From Hormoscilla sp. (GTDB lineage: Bacteria > Cyanobacteriota > Cyanobacteriia > Cyanobacteriales > Desertifilaceae): DNA of 64,000 bases. Position 1 is the first letter of the stretch. Every line of letters starts with the position of its first letter. Under the pieces are notes generated by a model that searched no databases, was not told where the DNA came from, and saw only the letters and a program-made list of their open reading frames with translations. Shown here in pieces: positions 39,671 to 49,463 of the stretch. A program made the position numbers and the translations under genes. The stretch lies in the NCBI GenBank assembly GCA_051439505.1, contig JBFRWI010000070.1:21906-85905 (forward strand). The letters run 5' to 3'.

Positions 39671-41707
39671 TTATAACCACTCATCATCATCATCCCAGTC
39701 TTCATTATCGTTATAATTACTATACCTACTGCTATTGCTGCTATTGCTATAGCGACTAGATCTGACAGAATCAGATGGTCGGCGATAAGTTTTCGATGTT
39801 GTATAGCTATCCCCACGCCGATCGCGATCGCCATCTACGGAGAAAGTGCGACGAATAGAACCAAACAAATCATCATCCTCTTCCTCACTCAAGCGCAGAC
39901 GGACTTCCCGGTTCAGGTCATAGAGGACATCCTGCAAATCAGCGCCCAGCTGGTCTATGCCCCGATCGTCATCTCTTTTGAGGCTATCGCGTAACTCCTC
40001 AATTAAGGGATCAATTTCGCGACGATATTGATTAGCAAACTGCATGCCAAAATCCAGAGTCGCTTCTCGCAGTTGCCGTTCTGCCCTAATGATCAAAGCC
40101 TCAGCCCGATTGCGTTTTTCCACCCGTTCCCGTCGTTCCCGGTCAACTTGAGCATATTTTTCCGCCTCGCGGATCATCCGATTAACTTCATCTGAAGATA
40201 GAGTCGAAGCCCCTTGAATAGTAATACTTTGCTCCCGACCCGTAGTTCTATCCAAAGCCGTTACCTGCAATATGCCATTAGCATCGATATCAAAGGACAC
40301 TTGAATCTGAGGCACGCCTCTCGGGGCCGGGGGGATCCCAGTTAATTTGAACCGTCCCAGAGACTTATTATTCCCTGCCATCTCCCGTTCCCCTTGCAGG
40401 GCATGGACTTCCACCAAAGTTTGATTATCCTGTGCCGTCGAGAAAATATCCGAACGCCGCACGGGTATAGTAGTGTTACGAGGAATCAGCTTCTTCATCA
40501 CCCCATTAGCCGTTTCCAGTCCCAAAGATAGAGGCGTCACGTCCAACAGCAGCACATCTTTCACCATCCCCGAGAGGATGCTAGCTTGAATTGCCGCACC
40601 AACAGCCACCACTTCATCGGGATTGACATTTTGATTGGGTTCTTTATCGATGAAGCTACGCACTAGCTGCTGCACTAAAGGAATTCGCGTCGAACCGCCC
40701 ACCAGAACCACTTCATCTATTTGCACCGGACTCAAACCAGCATCCTGTAAAGCTTGCTTAATCGGCCTTCTCAGGCGACTCACCAGGTCACCGCATAAAT
40801 CTTCAAACTGAGAACGAGTCAGCCTGGTTTCTAAATGCTTAGGGCCGTCAGCCGTAGCAGTGATGAAGGGGAGATTGATGTCCGTAACGCTGACTCCAGA
40901 TAGTTCAATCTTAGCCTTTTCCGCAGCTTCCAGCAAGCGTTGCAAAGCTTGGCGATCGTGACTTCTCAAGTCTATCCCTTCCGCTTCCAGAAACTGCTCG
41001 GCCAGCCAGTCCACAATTCTTTTATCAAAATCATTGCCTCCCAATTGGGTGTCGCCGCTAGTAGCCTTCACCTCAAACACCCCATCTCCGACATCCAAGA
41101 TCGAGACATCAAAGGTACCCCCACCCAAATCGAACACCAGAATAGTCTGATAATCCCGGCGTTCCAATCCATAGGCCAAAGATGCCGCCGTCGGTTCATT
41201 CAGAATCCGCTTCACCTCTAAACCAGCAATCTTACCAGCATCTCGCGTCGCCTGTCGCTGAGAGTCATTAAAGTAAGCAGGGACAGTGATTACCGCACCA
41301 GTCACCGGTTCTCCCAGATAACGACTGGCATCATCTGCCAACTTCCGCAGAATCATAGCCGAGATTTCTTCGGGGGCAAAGTCCTTCTGGAGGCGGGGAC
41401 ATTTAATCTTAATATTGCTCACCTCATCCCGACGGATAGTGTAGGGGACACGCTTGGACTCGGGACTGAGTTCGTCATACCTACGACCGATAAATCGCTT
41501 CACAGCGTAGAAAGTATTTTGAGGATTGAGTACCGTCTGCCGCCGTGCCATTTGTCCGACGACTAACTCTCCATCCTTGCTAAAGCCAACCACTGAGGGG
41601 GTAGTCCGCATCCCTTCTGCATTAGCAATTACCAATGGTTTGCCAGCTTCCATCACAGCTACCACTGAGTTAGTTGTCCCCAAGTCAATGCCGACTACTT
41701 TGCCCAT
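39671..41707 (-). CDS. dnaK: Hsp70 chaperone, cyanobacterial DnaK3 type
   Basis: [28 protein letters not shown]; acidic tail WDDDDEWL; followed by dnaJ. Confidence 0.96.
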   Translation of the reverse strand: MGKVVGIDLGTTNSVVAVMEAGKPLVIANAEGMRTTPSVVGFSKDGELVVGQMARRQTVLNPQNTFYAVKRFIGRRYDELSPESKRVPYTIRRDEVSNIKIKCPRLQKDFAPEEISAMILRKLADDASRYLGEPVTGAVITVPAYFNDSQRQATRDAGKIAGLEVKRILNEPTAASLAYGLERRDYQTILVFDLGGGTFDVSILDVGDGVFEVKATSGDTQLGGNDFDKRIVDWLAEQFLEAEGIDLRSHDRQALQRLLEAAEKAKIELSGVSVTDINLPFITATADGPKHLETRLTRSQFEDLCGDLVSRLRRPIKQALQDAGLSPVQIDEVVLVGGSTRIPLVQQLVRSFIDKEPNQNVNPDEVVAVGAAIQASILSGMVKDVLLLDVTPLSLGLETANGVMKKLIPRNTTIPVRRSDIFSTAQDNQTLVEVHALQGEREMAGNNKSLGRFKLTGIPPAPRGVPQIQVSFDIDANGILQVTALDRTTGREQSITIQGASTLSSDEVNRMIREAEKYAQVDRERRERVEKRNRAEALIIRAERQLREATLDFGMQFANQYRREIDPLIEELRDSLKRDDDRGIDQLGADLQDVLYDLNREVRLRLSEEEDDDLFGSIRRTFSVDGDRDRRGDSYTTSKTYRRPSDSVRSSRYSNSSNSSRYSNYNDNEDWDDDDEWL

Positions 41708-41942
41708 GCGTTACTTTTCTCCTTACCAATTGTCAATTGTCAGTTGTTCCTTGCTCGGACGAGGCGGTCAGCCCGTCCGTTGTCAGCCTCTTGCTGATGC
41801 CCATAAGCATTGCTGGAGTTATTCTATCTTGTTGCTGCCGATAATTGTAACGTACCCGTAGCGTTTGGCGGGCCAGTGGATGCTGGGACCATGTCCTCCA
41901 ATGGTGCTGACAAGGGTGCATCTGGTGAAGGCAAAAGCATTA

Positions 41943-42059
41943 CTGCGGCTCTATGGTTGCAGCCTGCCGCTCTCTAGTTGCAGCCTGCCGCTCTCTAGTT
42001 GCAGCCTGCCGCACTATGGTTGCAGCCTGCCGCACTATGGTTGCAGCCTGCGGCTCTAT
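41943..42059. repeat. 21-bp tandem repeat x5.5
   Basis: ctgcSgcWctMtRgttgcagc units. Confidence 0.9.
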
Positions 42060-42089
42060 CGCTGACAACCGCTAACCACTGACCGCTGC

Positions 42090-44867
42090 TCACCGATCGG
42101 AGTCCACTGCTTCGGAGAGTTTGCCCGCTAGCAGATAGGTAGTCATTGGACCTTTACCTTTGATATTTATTGGTCCGCGTACTGTAAAGTGATACTTATC
42201 CCGCAGCAGTTCATAGGTAGAAGTGGTGACTTGAATGCTTCCTGGTATGCCATGAGATTCCATGCGGCTAGCGGTGTTTACTGTATCGCCCCAGAGGTCG
42301 TAAATGAACTTTTTGGTGCCAATCACTCCTGCTACCACCGGTCCGCTGTTAATGCCGATACGGATCTGCAAGGCTTCGCCAATTTCAGCATTAAATTCCG
42401 AGACCCCCTTTTGCATATCCAGGGCCATTTCGGCGATCGCCTCGGCGTGGTCGCTGCGAGGTACGGGCAAACCACCTACCACCATATAAGCATCCCCGAT
42501 CGTCTTAATTTTCTCCAACCCATGCAGTTCGCTGAGCTGATCGAACTTCGAGAAAATCAGATTCAGCATTTCTACCAGTTCCGTCGGCGATCGCCGGGCC
42601 GATATTTCTGTAAAGCCTACGATATCTGCAAACATCACCGTCACATTATCAAAGCTTTCCGCGATCGCGCTTTGAGCTTGTTTCAAGCGTTCGGCAATTC
42701 TCGCTGGCAATATATTATGTAATAATCGTTCCGTTTGCAGCTTTTGATAGCGCAGGGCCGCATTCATTTGCTTGCGTTCCGTTATATCGATCGCCGTTCC
42801 TAATATCCGCTCTGTCTCTCCTCCCTCATTACAAATACATTCGCACCGACCGTTAATATGTCTAATCTGGCCATCCTGTCGCACTATTCTAAAGTCTAAT
42901 TCATATGCTTCCCCATCTGCGATCGCGACCTGCAACTTTTTCTCCCATTTTTTTCTATCTTGATGGTGAACCTGTTGTAACTGTTCTGCATAAGTCGGTG
43001 CTGGCAATTTCGGTTCCATACCATAAATGCGGAACATTTCATCTGACCAACTCATAGTTTGAGTTGCCACATCAAAAGTCCAACTACCCACATGGGCTAT
43101 TTTTTGAGCTTCTGCCAGGTTAGCTTCGCTTTGTCGCAATGCCTCTTCCGCTTGCAGGCGCTCAGTTATGTCTCTAAAAATCCCGCGATTTGCAACTGCT
43201 ATTCCCTCTACTAACTTACAATTTGCATTTCCTTCTACCCAGAGTTTATTTCCTTCTTTCGTAATAAACTCCGCTTTCAATTGACCCACTTTTTCTCCCG
43301 CCATCACCCGCTTCAAGCTTGATATTACCTCCTCTTTACAGTCGGGATGGATGATATCAAATAAATTTAGTTGCGCCACTTCTGCTTCGCTATATCCCAG
43401 CCGCTCCCGCCACGCAGTATTAACATACAAAATTTTGCCATCCGCTGCCACACTCTGAATCAGGTCGCTAGCATTTTCAAATAGATCCCTATATCTTTCT
43501 TCGCTTTCTTGCAACGCTAATTCTGCGCGTTTACGCTTAATGAACTCTCCCAACTGGCTGCCGATCACCGCCGTCGTTTGCAGCAAATCTTCATCAACTT
43601 CCTTTTCTTCCCGACTATAGAAACTAATCACCCCCAATACTTCACCATCGCTTTTGATCGGAAATCCGAATGCCCCGTGCAGTCCCTCTTTCGCAGCTAT
43701 CTTCGAGCGAATCAGCGAGCCATCGTCCACCACATTTTTAATCCATTGTGAAGAACAACTTTCCCAAATTTTCCCCTCCAATCCCGCTCCCCTGAACGGA
43801 GTTATCGACTTAGCCATCTCTCTAAATTCTGGTATCTTTACCGATGGTCTTACCCAGCTCTGTACGCATCTTAGGTATTTGTAATTATCTTTTCCCTGAT
43901 ATTCTTGGAGATTCAAATTCTCTGTTATCTCTTCGGACTCTTCACCTTTTGTTGGTCTCCAGAATTCGCCTATATCCCACTCCATGCTCTCACAAATTGC
44001 TTGCAAAAGTTTCGGTATCGCTTGGGTAATAGTCGCCGACTCTGACAAGATCCGAGTTGTCGTATACTGAGCCACCAGACGTTGTTGGGCACGCTGACTC
44101 CTAGTGATATCCCTACCCACATAGATCAAATCCTGTAAGTCTTCTATCTCCGTCTGAATAGCCGAGCAGGAAAAGGCTACAGATATCTCTTCTCCTCTTT
44201 TTGTCTGACAGCTTACTTCGAGATTATTCAACAATTCCCCATCAGATAAACCCCCATACTGAATTACTTGCAATAATAAATTATCCTCCCCGAGAATTCT
44301 TGATATTTGCTGATTAATCAATTCCCGCTCCTCATATCCAAATAACTCTTTTGCCGCTTTATTTACCCTCTTGATTTTTCCTTTTTCTGTTGTTACCAAT
44401 AGGGGATCGGGTATGGAAGTTATCAGATGATTTATATATTTTTGCTTTTGACCTAATGCCTTCAATAAGATATCTGTTTCGTTAGTCGCTTGTACTAGCC
44501 TTTGTTCCAACATCATTCTCTCCGTGACATCCTCCACAAATAAAATTAACTTTTTCTCTTCCCTCTCTTGATTTTTATCCTGGATAAAATATAGGTCTAT
44601 ATATATATTATTCCCTCTAGCGTCAGTACGAGCAATTGCCTTTAAGTCAAAACTTTCCTGCTGTCCTTCTAGCACAGCTATCAGCAGGTCTTCTACTCCT
44701 ATCAGTTCTGGAAAACCCACAATAATATTGGACCCTATGGACAGCTGGGCAGGCACCTCCGCAAATCGGAGTAAATTTGCAGAGGTTGTTTCGATTACCA
44801 GGTTTTTGTCCAAAACCATATACTCCATATGGCCCGGAATTAATATTTGATTCAAATTCTCATTCAT
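42090..44867 (-). CDS. Class III adenylate cyclase with multiple PAS domains and a GAF domain
   Basis: VMFADIVGFT, EKIKTIGDAYM, YDLWGDTVNTASRMES; the Lys and Asp specify ATP. Confidence 0.92.
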   Translation of the reverse strand: MNENLNQILIPGHMEYMVLDKNLVIETTSANLLRFAEVPAQLSIGSNIIVGFPELIGVEDLLIAVLEGQQESFDLKAIARTDARGNNIYIDLYFIQDKNQEREEKKLILFVEDVTERMMLEQRLVQATNETDILLKALGQKQKYINHLITSIPDPLLVTTEKGKIKRVNKAAKELFGYEERELINQQISRILGEDNLLLQVIQYGGLSDGELLNNLEVSCQTKRGEEISVAFSCSAIQTEIEDLQDLIYVGRDITRSQRAQQRLVAQYTTTRILSESATITQAIPKLLQAICESMEWDIGEFWRPTKGEESEEITENLNLQEYQGKDNYKYLRCVQSWVRPSVKIPEFREMAKSITPFRGAGLEGKIWESCSSQWIKNVVDDGSLIRSKIAAKEGLHGAFGFPIKSDGEVLGVISFYSREEKEVDEDLLQTTAVIGSQLGEFIKRKRAELALQESEERYRDLFENASDLIQSVAADGKILYVNTAWRERLGYSEAEVAQLNLFDIIHPDCKEEVISSLKRVMAGEKVGQLKAEFITKEGNKLWVEGNANCKLVEGIAVANRGIFRDITERLQAEEALRQSEANLAEAQKIAHVGSWTFDVATQTMSWSDEMFRIYGMEPKLPAPTYAEQLQQVHHQDRKKWEKKLQVAIADGEAYELDFRIVRQDGQIRHINGRCECICNEGGETERILGTAIDITERKQMNAALRYQKLQTERLLHNILPARIAERLKQAQSAIAESFDNVTVMFADIVGFTEISARRSPTELVEMLNLIFSKFDQLSELHGLEKIKTIGDAYMVVGGLPVPRSDHAEAIAEMALDMQKGVSEFNAEIGEALQIRIGINSGPVVAGVIGTKKFIYDLWGDTVNTASRMESHGIPGSIQVTTSTYELLRDKYHFTVRGPINIKGKGPMTTYLLAGKLSEAVDSDR

Positions 44868-44868
44868 A

Positions 44869-45387
44869 CTATCCCATCATCTCAGTGGCTAAATCTGTAA
44901 ACATTTTATCCACGTTATCGCCCGTTTTTGCTGACGTCGGAAATATTCCTAGCACTTGTTCTTGCTCTGCAAATCTGTTAGCTTGCAATATCTTTTCCAT
45001 TTTTTCGGCATCAATCAGGTCTGCTTTATTCAAAGCAATTATCATGAACCCTTTTTTATTGACTGATAAAAATAGCTTAACATGCTCTGGCAGACTTTCT
45101 ATCGTTTCCTCGCGACTGACATCAGCAACTATGATTGCCCCCTTGGCCCCCAGCAAATAACTAGGCGCGATCGCCTTAAATTTCGTCTGACCTTCTATAT
45201 CCCATATTAGCATCTGCAAATCTTTCTGTTCCCCCTTTTCCCCAGTTACTTCTACCGCCTTCCGGGATATTTTCACCCCCACCGTTGACAGATACTTATC
45301 ACTAAACTGGCGGTCTACGAACCTGCGAATCAGGCTCGTCTTGCCCACACTAAAGTCACCTATCATACATATTTTCTTAGATATCAT
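44869..45387 (-). CDS. Stand-alone Ras-superfamily (Rab-like) small GTPase
   Basis: G1 GDFSVGKTS, G2 YLSTVG, G3 WDIEGQ, G4 NKAD, G5 TSAK; 172 aa; no C-terminal Cys. Confidence 0.92.
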   Translation of the reverse strand: MISKKICMIGDFSVGKTSLIRRFVDRQFSDKYLSTVGVKISRKAVEVTGEKGEQKDLQMLIWDIEGQTKFKAIAPSYLLGAKGAIIVADVSREETIESLPEHVKLFLSVNKKGFMIIALNKADLIDAEKMEKILQANRFAEQEQVLGIFPTSAKTGDNVDKMFTDLATEMMG

Positions 45388-45394
45388 CCTCTAC

Positions 45395-48300
45395 CTACTC
45401 TCCTTTTCCTACCGGCCTAAACAGTTCAAATCTAACACATCTACTCAACTCTGGTGGAGAAGAAGCCTTCACATCCGGCGGTGATTTTACCGTTCCAAAA
45501 ACTTGCAATCGCCCTGGGGCCACCCCCATGCTTTCCAGAGCCCTTTTCACCGCGATCGCCCGCTGGAGAGACAGATGCTGGTTTTTCGCCCTGCTGCCTA
45601 TTTTATCACTATGACCTATCACCATCAGATTTATTTCTGGATATTCATGCAGAAACTCCTTAATCTTCACCAGTTTGCTAGACCGCGCTCCTGGGTGTAA
45701 CTCTGCTGAGCCTAAATCAAAGTATATCCTGCCGTCCAGAGGATTTACCTTTAATTTTAACGTGCTGAAGACACTGCTCACCCCAGGAATTTCCTCAAGT
45801 GCCTGGGGAATTTGCTGAGCATCTTCCGCCTCAAACACCGTTCCCTGCACCGTCACATTCCCCGCCTCGTAAAGGGTGGAAATCGAGATCCCCTCCCTTT
45901 GATTGAGCATTTTTGTCACCCGTTCCACTTCTTTCGCTGCCAACACCGGGTCTGGCGGGACATTTACAGCAATTATTTGATTGTCTACCTCCATCTCTGG
46001 CATCTGTGCTTTCGCGATCGCCTCTGCCTTGGAACGCAGATAATCATTTGGCACTCGTCCTTTGAGAATCACAGTTCCTTGGGAAGCTGATGCCGCGATA
46101 TTATATACTGATAGCTCCGGTGCTGAAGCTAAAGCCGCCGTCGTTTGCTCCTCTATCAGCCGGTCTGTACGGGAGCGATGCTGATGAATTCCCCAAGGTA
46201 TGAGCACCGCCAGCAGTAAAGCTAGTCCCACCATCACCAATGTCGGAGGAGCTTTAGAGGCTTTATCTTTTGAAGATGTTTGCAGCAGTTTTTCTATCAG
46301 CTGCGTTACTGCCTCTGGTACCGTAGCCGGATCTCCATCAAACTCTTCAACCTGTTTACCGTAACGCCGTACAATTGTGCTCAGTGTTTGCCGGACCTGA
46401 GCGATAAACTGCTTAGGGGGTTCCCCCTTGACCACTACTGCTAGGTATGAGTATCCCGCCACTTCCAAGATAATTTTCGCTTCTCCATAGTCGATCGCAT
46501 CCAGTTCTGACATTTCCCCCGACTGCACGATACAATCGTTGACAAAACTGCGGATCGCCGTCAGCATTCCCGCCACCATTTCCGACTCCAGTCTTTCTTC
46601 TGATTCCGGTTGCGCTTCTGCTATCACTAGACCTGATTCTTTGTGAATTAAAAATACCGCCTGAGTTGCAAATGCTTTTGACTCCTGGAGAATCAATTCC
46701 CCCTCCGATACTCCTTGCATCTTCGCCCGAATCTTGCGCCTTATTCCCTCTGGGGATAGCGCGTTTTCCACCTTTTCATTAATCGAGCGAATTACATCTG
46801 CCATGTATTTAGAAATCGTGCTGCCTATCACCGGATATAGAGCATCCACCATCGAGTCTCGTTCCAGTTCTATTTGGGCTTTGATGGCCTTACCCATTTC
46901 GGGGGCTATGGCTTCCGATATCGAGTCTCGCTCAATTCTCATCTGTTCTTTGAGCGCCGCACTCATTTCCGGCCCGATCGCCCTCGCTATTTCCTCTGGA
47001 GAGTTTTGAATCTGTTTAGAAATTGCTCCTGGCAGCAAATCGGCCAGGGCAGCACTCATTCCTTCCCTGTCCTCTTTACTTCTGAGCTGAATCACCTTAT
47101 CTATTATCGGTACAATTACCCGAATACTTTCTTCTTGGGATATTGTCAGATCCAACCCCACCATTTCCGACAGCAAAGGCATCAATGGATTTATTACCCC
47201 TGTTTGGCGCTCAATATCTGCCAACTTTTGTTCTATCTTGGCAATTACTATCCGCAAATCATCCGCTTCTAACCCGGCTAGATTTCCTATCTTCTCTAGG
47301 GAACTTGCTGCGGTCTTGACTAAACTTTCTACTTCTGGTTCTGCTAGCTGACTTTCCGTTTCCGATGCCAGCTCTGTGCTTCTATCTTCATTTTCCCTTA
47401 CTACCGATATCTCTGCTGCTTTTTCTGCTGCTGGCGGAGCCTGCTGACTTATCTGTGCCGAGGATAGTTCTCCTAGAGCCGCTTGCTGATTTATCGGTAC
47501 CGAGGATAGTTCTCCTAGAGCCGCTTGCTGATTTATCGGTACTGAGGATAGTTCTCTTAGAGCCGATCTCTTGGTTTTTTCTCCCTTTCGTTGCGCAGAT
47601 GACTGCTGCGAAGGTTCTTTTTCCTGTTTCGGACGCCCAGTTAATAGGTTTCCCAGAGCTTCCAGCGAAGCCGCTAAATCTTCGACATCATACTCCGAAC
47701 TAACTTGCCCAGTCGATCGCTCCTCTGAGCCTTCCGACGACTCTCTCATCGGAGTCGTCTGGGAATATGGCCTAACTAATTGCTCCTCCGTCACCAATAT
47801 TTCCGAGGCCACTTTTGATGATGACCAACTTTTTGGGCGCTGTGGGACTGATGCACTTTCTAATTCTGCATGCATCACTAGCAATCCGTCTGTTGATACT
47901 GTATCCGTAGACTGACTACCTCTTTTCTCTTTCTGCTGGGGCGAGGGGGTTTTCCCTGGGGACGTCCCCAATAACAAACTGCTTAACGCTTCCAGGGCTT
48001 TAACTGCCTCATTATCTCCGGCTTGTTGATAATTTCCTAAATTATCTGGAGTGCCGTACCGTCCAGTTGCCCGGTTTTCCCCTCGGCGAAGAGACTCTGT
48101 CTCAAATCCTACGTAACTTCTGTCGCCTCCGGCCCGTTCCTCTGTGCCCAACTGCCATAATTTTTCCGACCGCCCCCTTACATATGAGCCACCGGTCTTT
48201 CCTGGGGAGTGCGAGTAGGGTTCTCCCGGTACGCCGGTTCCTACTCCCCCTGTACTCCCAGGTCTGTTCCCAACGGACTTTAACATCCCATCATCCGGCG

Positions 48301-48487
48301 CACTCCCTGCTTGCGAGCTGGATGAATACTGGTCTGACGACTCTTTTGCCGGTGCTGACTGCTGATTGGTAAATTCCAAGCCCAGCAACAAACTCACCAA
48401 ACCTTCCAGTTGAGCTGCTGTCTTCCCATCCGACAGCAACCCATCCTGTTTACTTTTGCTGGCCTGATTTTGTTTTGATGTCGCCAT
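45395..48487 (-). CDS. Membrane protein: disordered N-terminus, helical repeats, longin-like domain, TM, BON domain(s), OmpA-like C-terminal domain
   Basis: AVFLIHKESGLVIA..MVAGMLTAIRSFV; TM LVMVGLALLLAVLIPWG; VILKGRVP..VDNQI; IYFDLGSA..GHSD..NQHLSLQRA.AV. Confidence 0.82.
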   Translation of the reverse strand: MATSKQNQASKSKQDGLLSDGKTAAQLEGLVSLLLGLEFTNQQSAPAKESSDQYSSSSQAGSAPDDGMLKSVGNRPGSTGGVGTGVPGEPYSHSPGKTGGSYVRGRSEKLWQLGTEERAGGDRSYVGFETESLRRGENRATGRYGTPDNLGNYQQAGDNEAVKALEALSSLLLGTSPGKTPSPQQKEKRGSQSTDTVSTDGLLVMHAELESASVPQRPKSWSSSKVASEILVTEEQLVRPYSQTTPMRESSEGSEERSTGQVSSEYDVEDLAASLEALGNLLTGRPKQEKEPSQQSSAQRKGEKTKRSALRELSSVPINQQAALGELSSVPINQQAALGELSSAQISQQAPPAAEKAAEISVVRENEDRSTELASETESQLAEPEVESLVKTAASSLEKIGNLAGLEADDLRIVIAKIEQKLADIERQTGVINPLMPLLSEMVGLDLTISQEESIRVIVPIIDKVIQLRSKEDREGMSAALADLLPGAISKQIQNSPEEIARAIGPEMSAALKEQMRIERDSISEAIAPEMGKAIKAQIELERDSMVDALYPVIGSTISKYMADVIRSINEKVENALSPEGIRRKIRAKMQGVSEGELILQESKAFATQAVFLIHKESGLVIAEAQPESEERLESEMVAGMLTAIRSFVNDCIVQSGEMSELDAIDYGEAKIILEVAGYSYLAVVVKGEPPKQFIAQVRQTLSTIVRRYGKQVEEFDGDPATVPEAVTQLIEKLLQTSSKDKASKAPPTLVMVGLALLLAVLIPWGIHQHRSRTDRLIEEQTTAALASAPELSVYNIAASASQGTVILKGRVPNDYLRSKAEAIAKAQMPEMEVDNQIIAVNVPPDPVLAAKEVERVTKMLNQREGISISTLYEAGNVTVQGTVFEAEDAQQIPQALEEIPGVSSVFSTLKLKVNPLDGRIYFDLGSAELHPGARSSKLVKIKEFLHEYPEINLMVIGHSDKIGSRAKNQHLSLQRAIAVKRALESMGVAPGRLQVFGTVKSPPDVKASSPPELSRCVRFELFRPVGKGE
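47439..47565 (-). repeat. In-frame 42-bp (14-aa) repeat x3
   Basis: ALGELSSVPINQQA-type units; gaggatagttctc at 47460, 47502 and 47544. Confidence 0.9.
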
Positions 48488-48587
48488 AAGCAGCCATCCC
48501 TACCCTTGGGTTGTTAAAGCAACCATTATAGCAGCATCTGTCCCACTTGTGCCACCTTGCCACCTTCTGGTTTTATCCACTATGGGT

Positions 48588-49190
48588 TTATTTTTGTTCT
48601 GGTAACAATAAATCTGCTTTCACATTATAATCTCCTGACCCTTCCAGTTCGGGGAGAAATTCATTTTTCTTTACCCGCATACAGAGTTCAAACAGTATTT
48701 CTGCCAGATCGTCCCGTCCCACCTTGCTTTCTGTTAAACTAGACAAGCGTTTTTCCAGTTTATCGACAATTTCATTCCTCAGACTCTGAATATCTTTTTC
48801 TAGCTTTTCTTGTGCTTGATTTACCTCTCCCTTCACCGAGTTAATCTGAGAGCCAATCAGCTTATTGAGGGAATCGATACTATCTGATACATTTTTATCC
48901 TTCCCTTCTAGATCTTGCCTCATATCAGTGAGTTCTTCATTGGTCGTTATGCTGATATACTGGATTTTTTTCTCCAGAGAATACATAGTTGACCGCAGTT
49001 CTGTCGAGAGGGTATCGTTGAGTTGATTCAGGCGATCGCGCATTTCCTGCTGGAGAGCCGACAAGCTTGACTCTAGCTTATTCAGGCGAGTTTCATAGTC
49101 TCGCTGCTGCTTGCCGAACAGCAGATCGCGAATTTGGTCTACATTTCCCAGTCTATCCCGCATTTCGTCTTGTGAGATATCACTCATCAA
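48588..49190 (-). CDS. Coiled-coil hypothetical protein, first gene of the GTPase operon
   Basis: NVDQIRDLLFG, heptad-rich body, KVGRDDLAEILFELCMR. Confidence 0.8.
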   Translation of the reverse strand: MMSDISQDEMRDRLGNVDQIRDLLFGKQQRDYETRLNKLESSLSALQQEMRDRLNQLNDTLSTELRSTMYSLEKKIQYISITTNEELTDMRQDLEGKDKNVSDSIDSLNKLIGSQINSVKGEVNQAQEKLEKDIQSLRNEIVDKLEKRLSSLTESKVGRDDLAEILFELCMRVKKNEFLPELEGSGDYNVKADLLLPEQK

Positions 49191-49463
49191 ATTACCTCCC
49201 GATTTTCATTGTTCTAACTCAGTTGTCAGTTGTCAATTGTCAGTTGCCAATTGTCAGTTGTCAGTTATCTGCCCTCAATCCTCCCATAGCAAGAGGTTAA
49301 GCCGATTTTACGCCATCTCAAGCTCCCAAAACTTAATTTAGACCACAACTTCACCGATCGAGGAGCCCCAGTCCAGCCAGAGATCCTACCGGTAAATCAC
49401 GCCTGTTCCATTTTAGTTGAAAATGCCTCCGCAGTTCGGTGCGGTTGGGCCGATGTGGAGTAG

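Noticed and set aside
44869..45387. Eukaryotic contamination or a Roc domain of a Roco protein
   Set aside because: The gene is embedded in a bacterial operon with a HIP1 site, and has no prenylation motif, LRR or COR domain.
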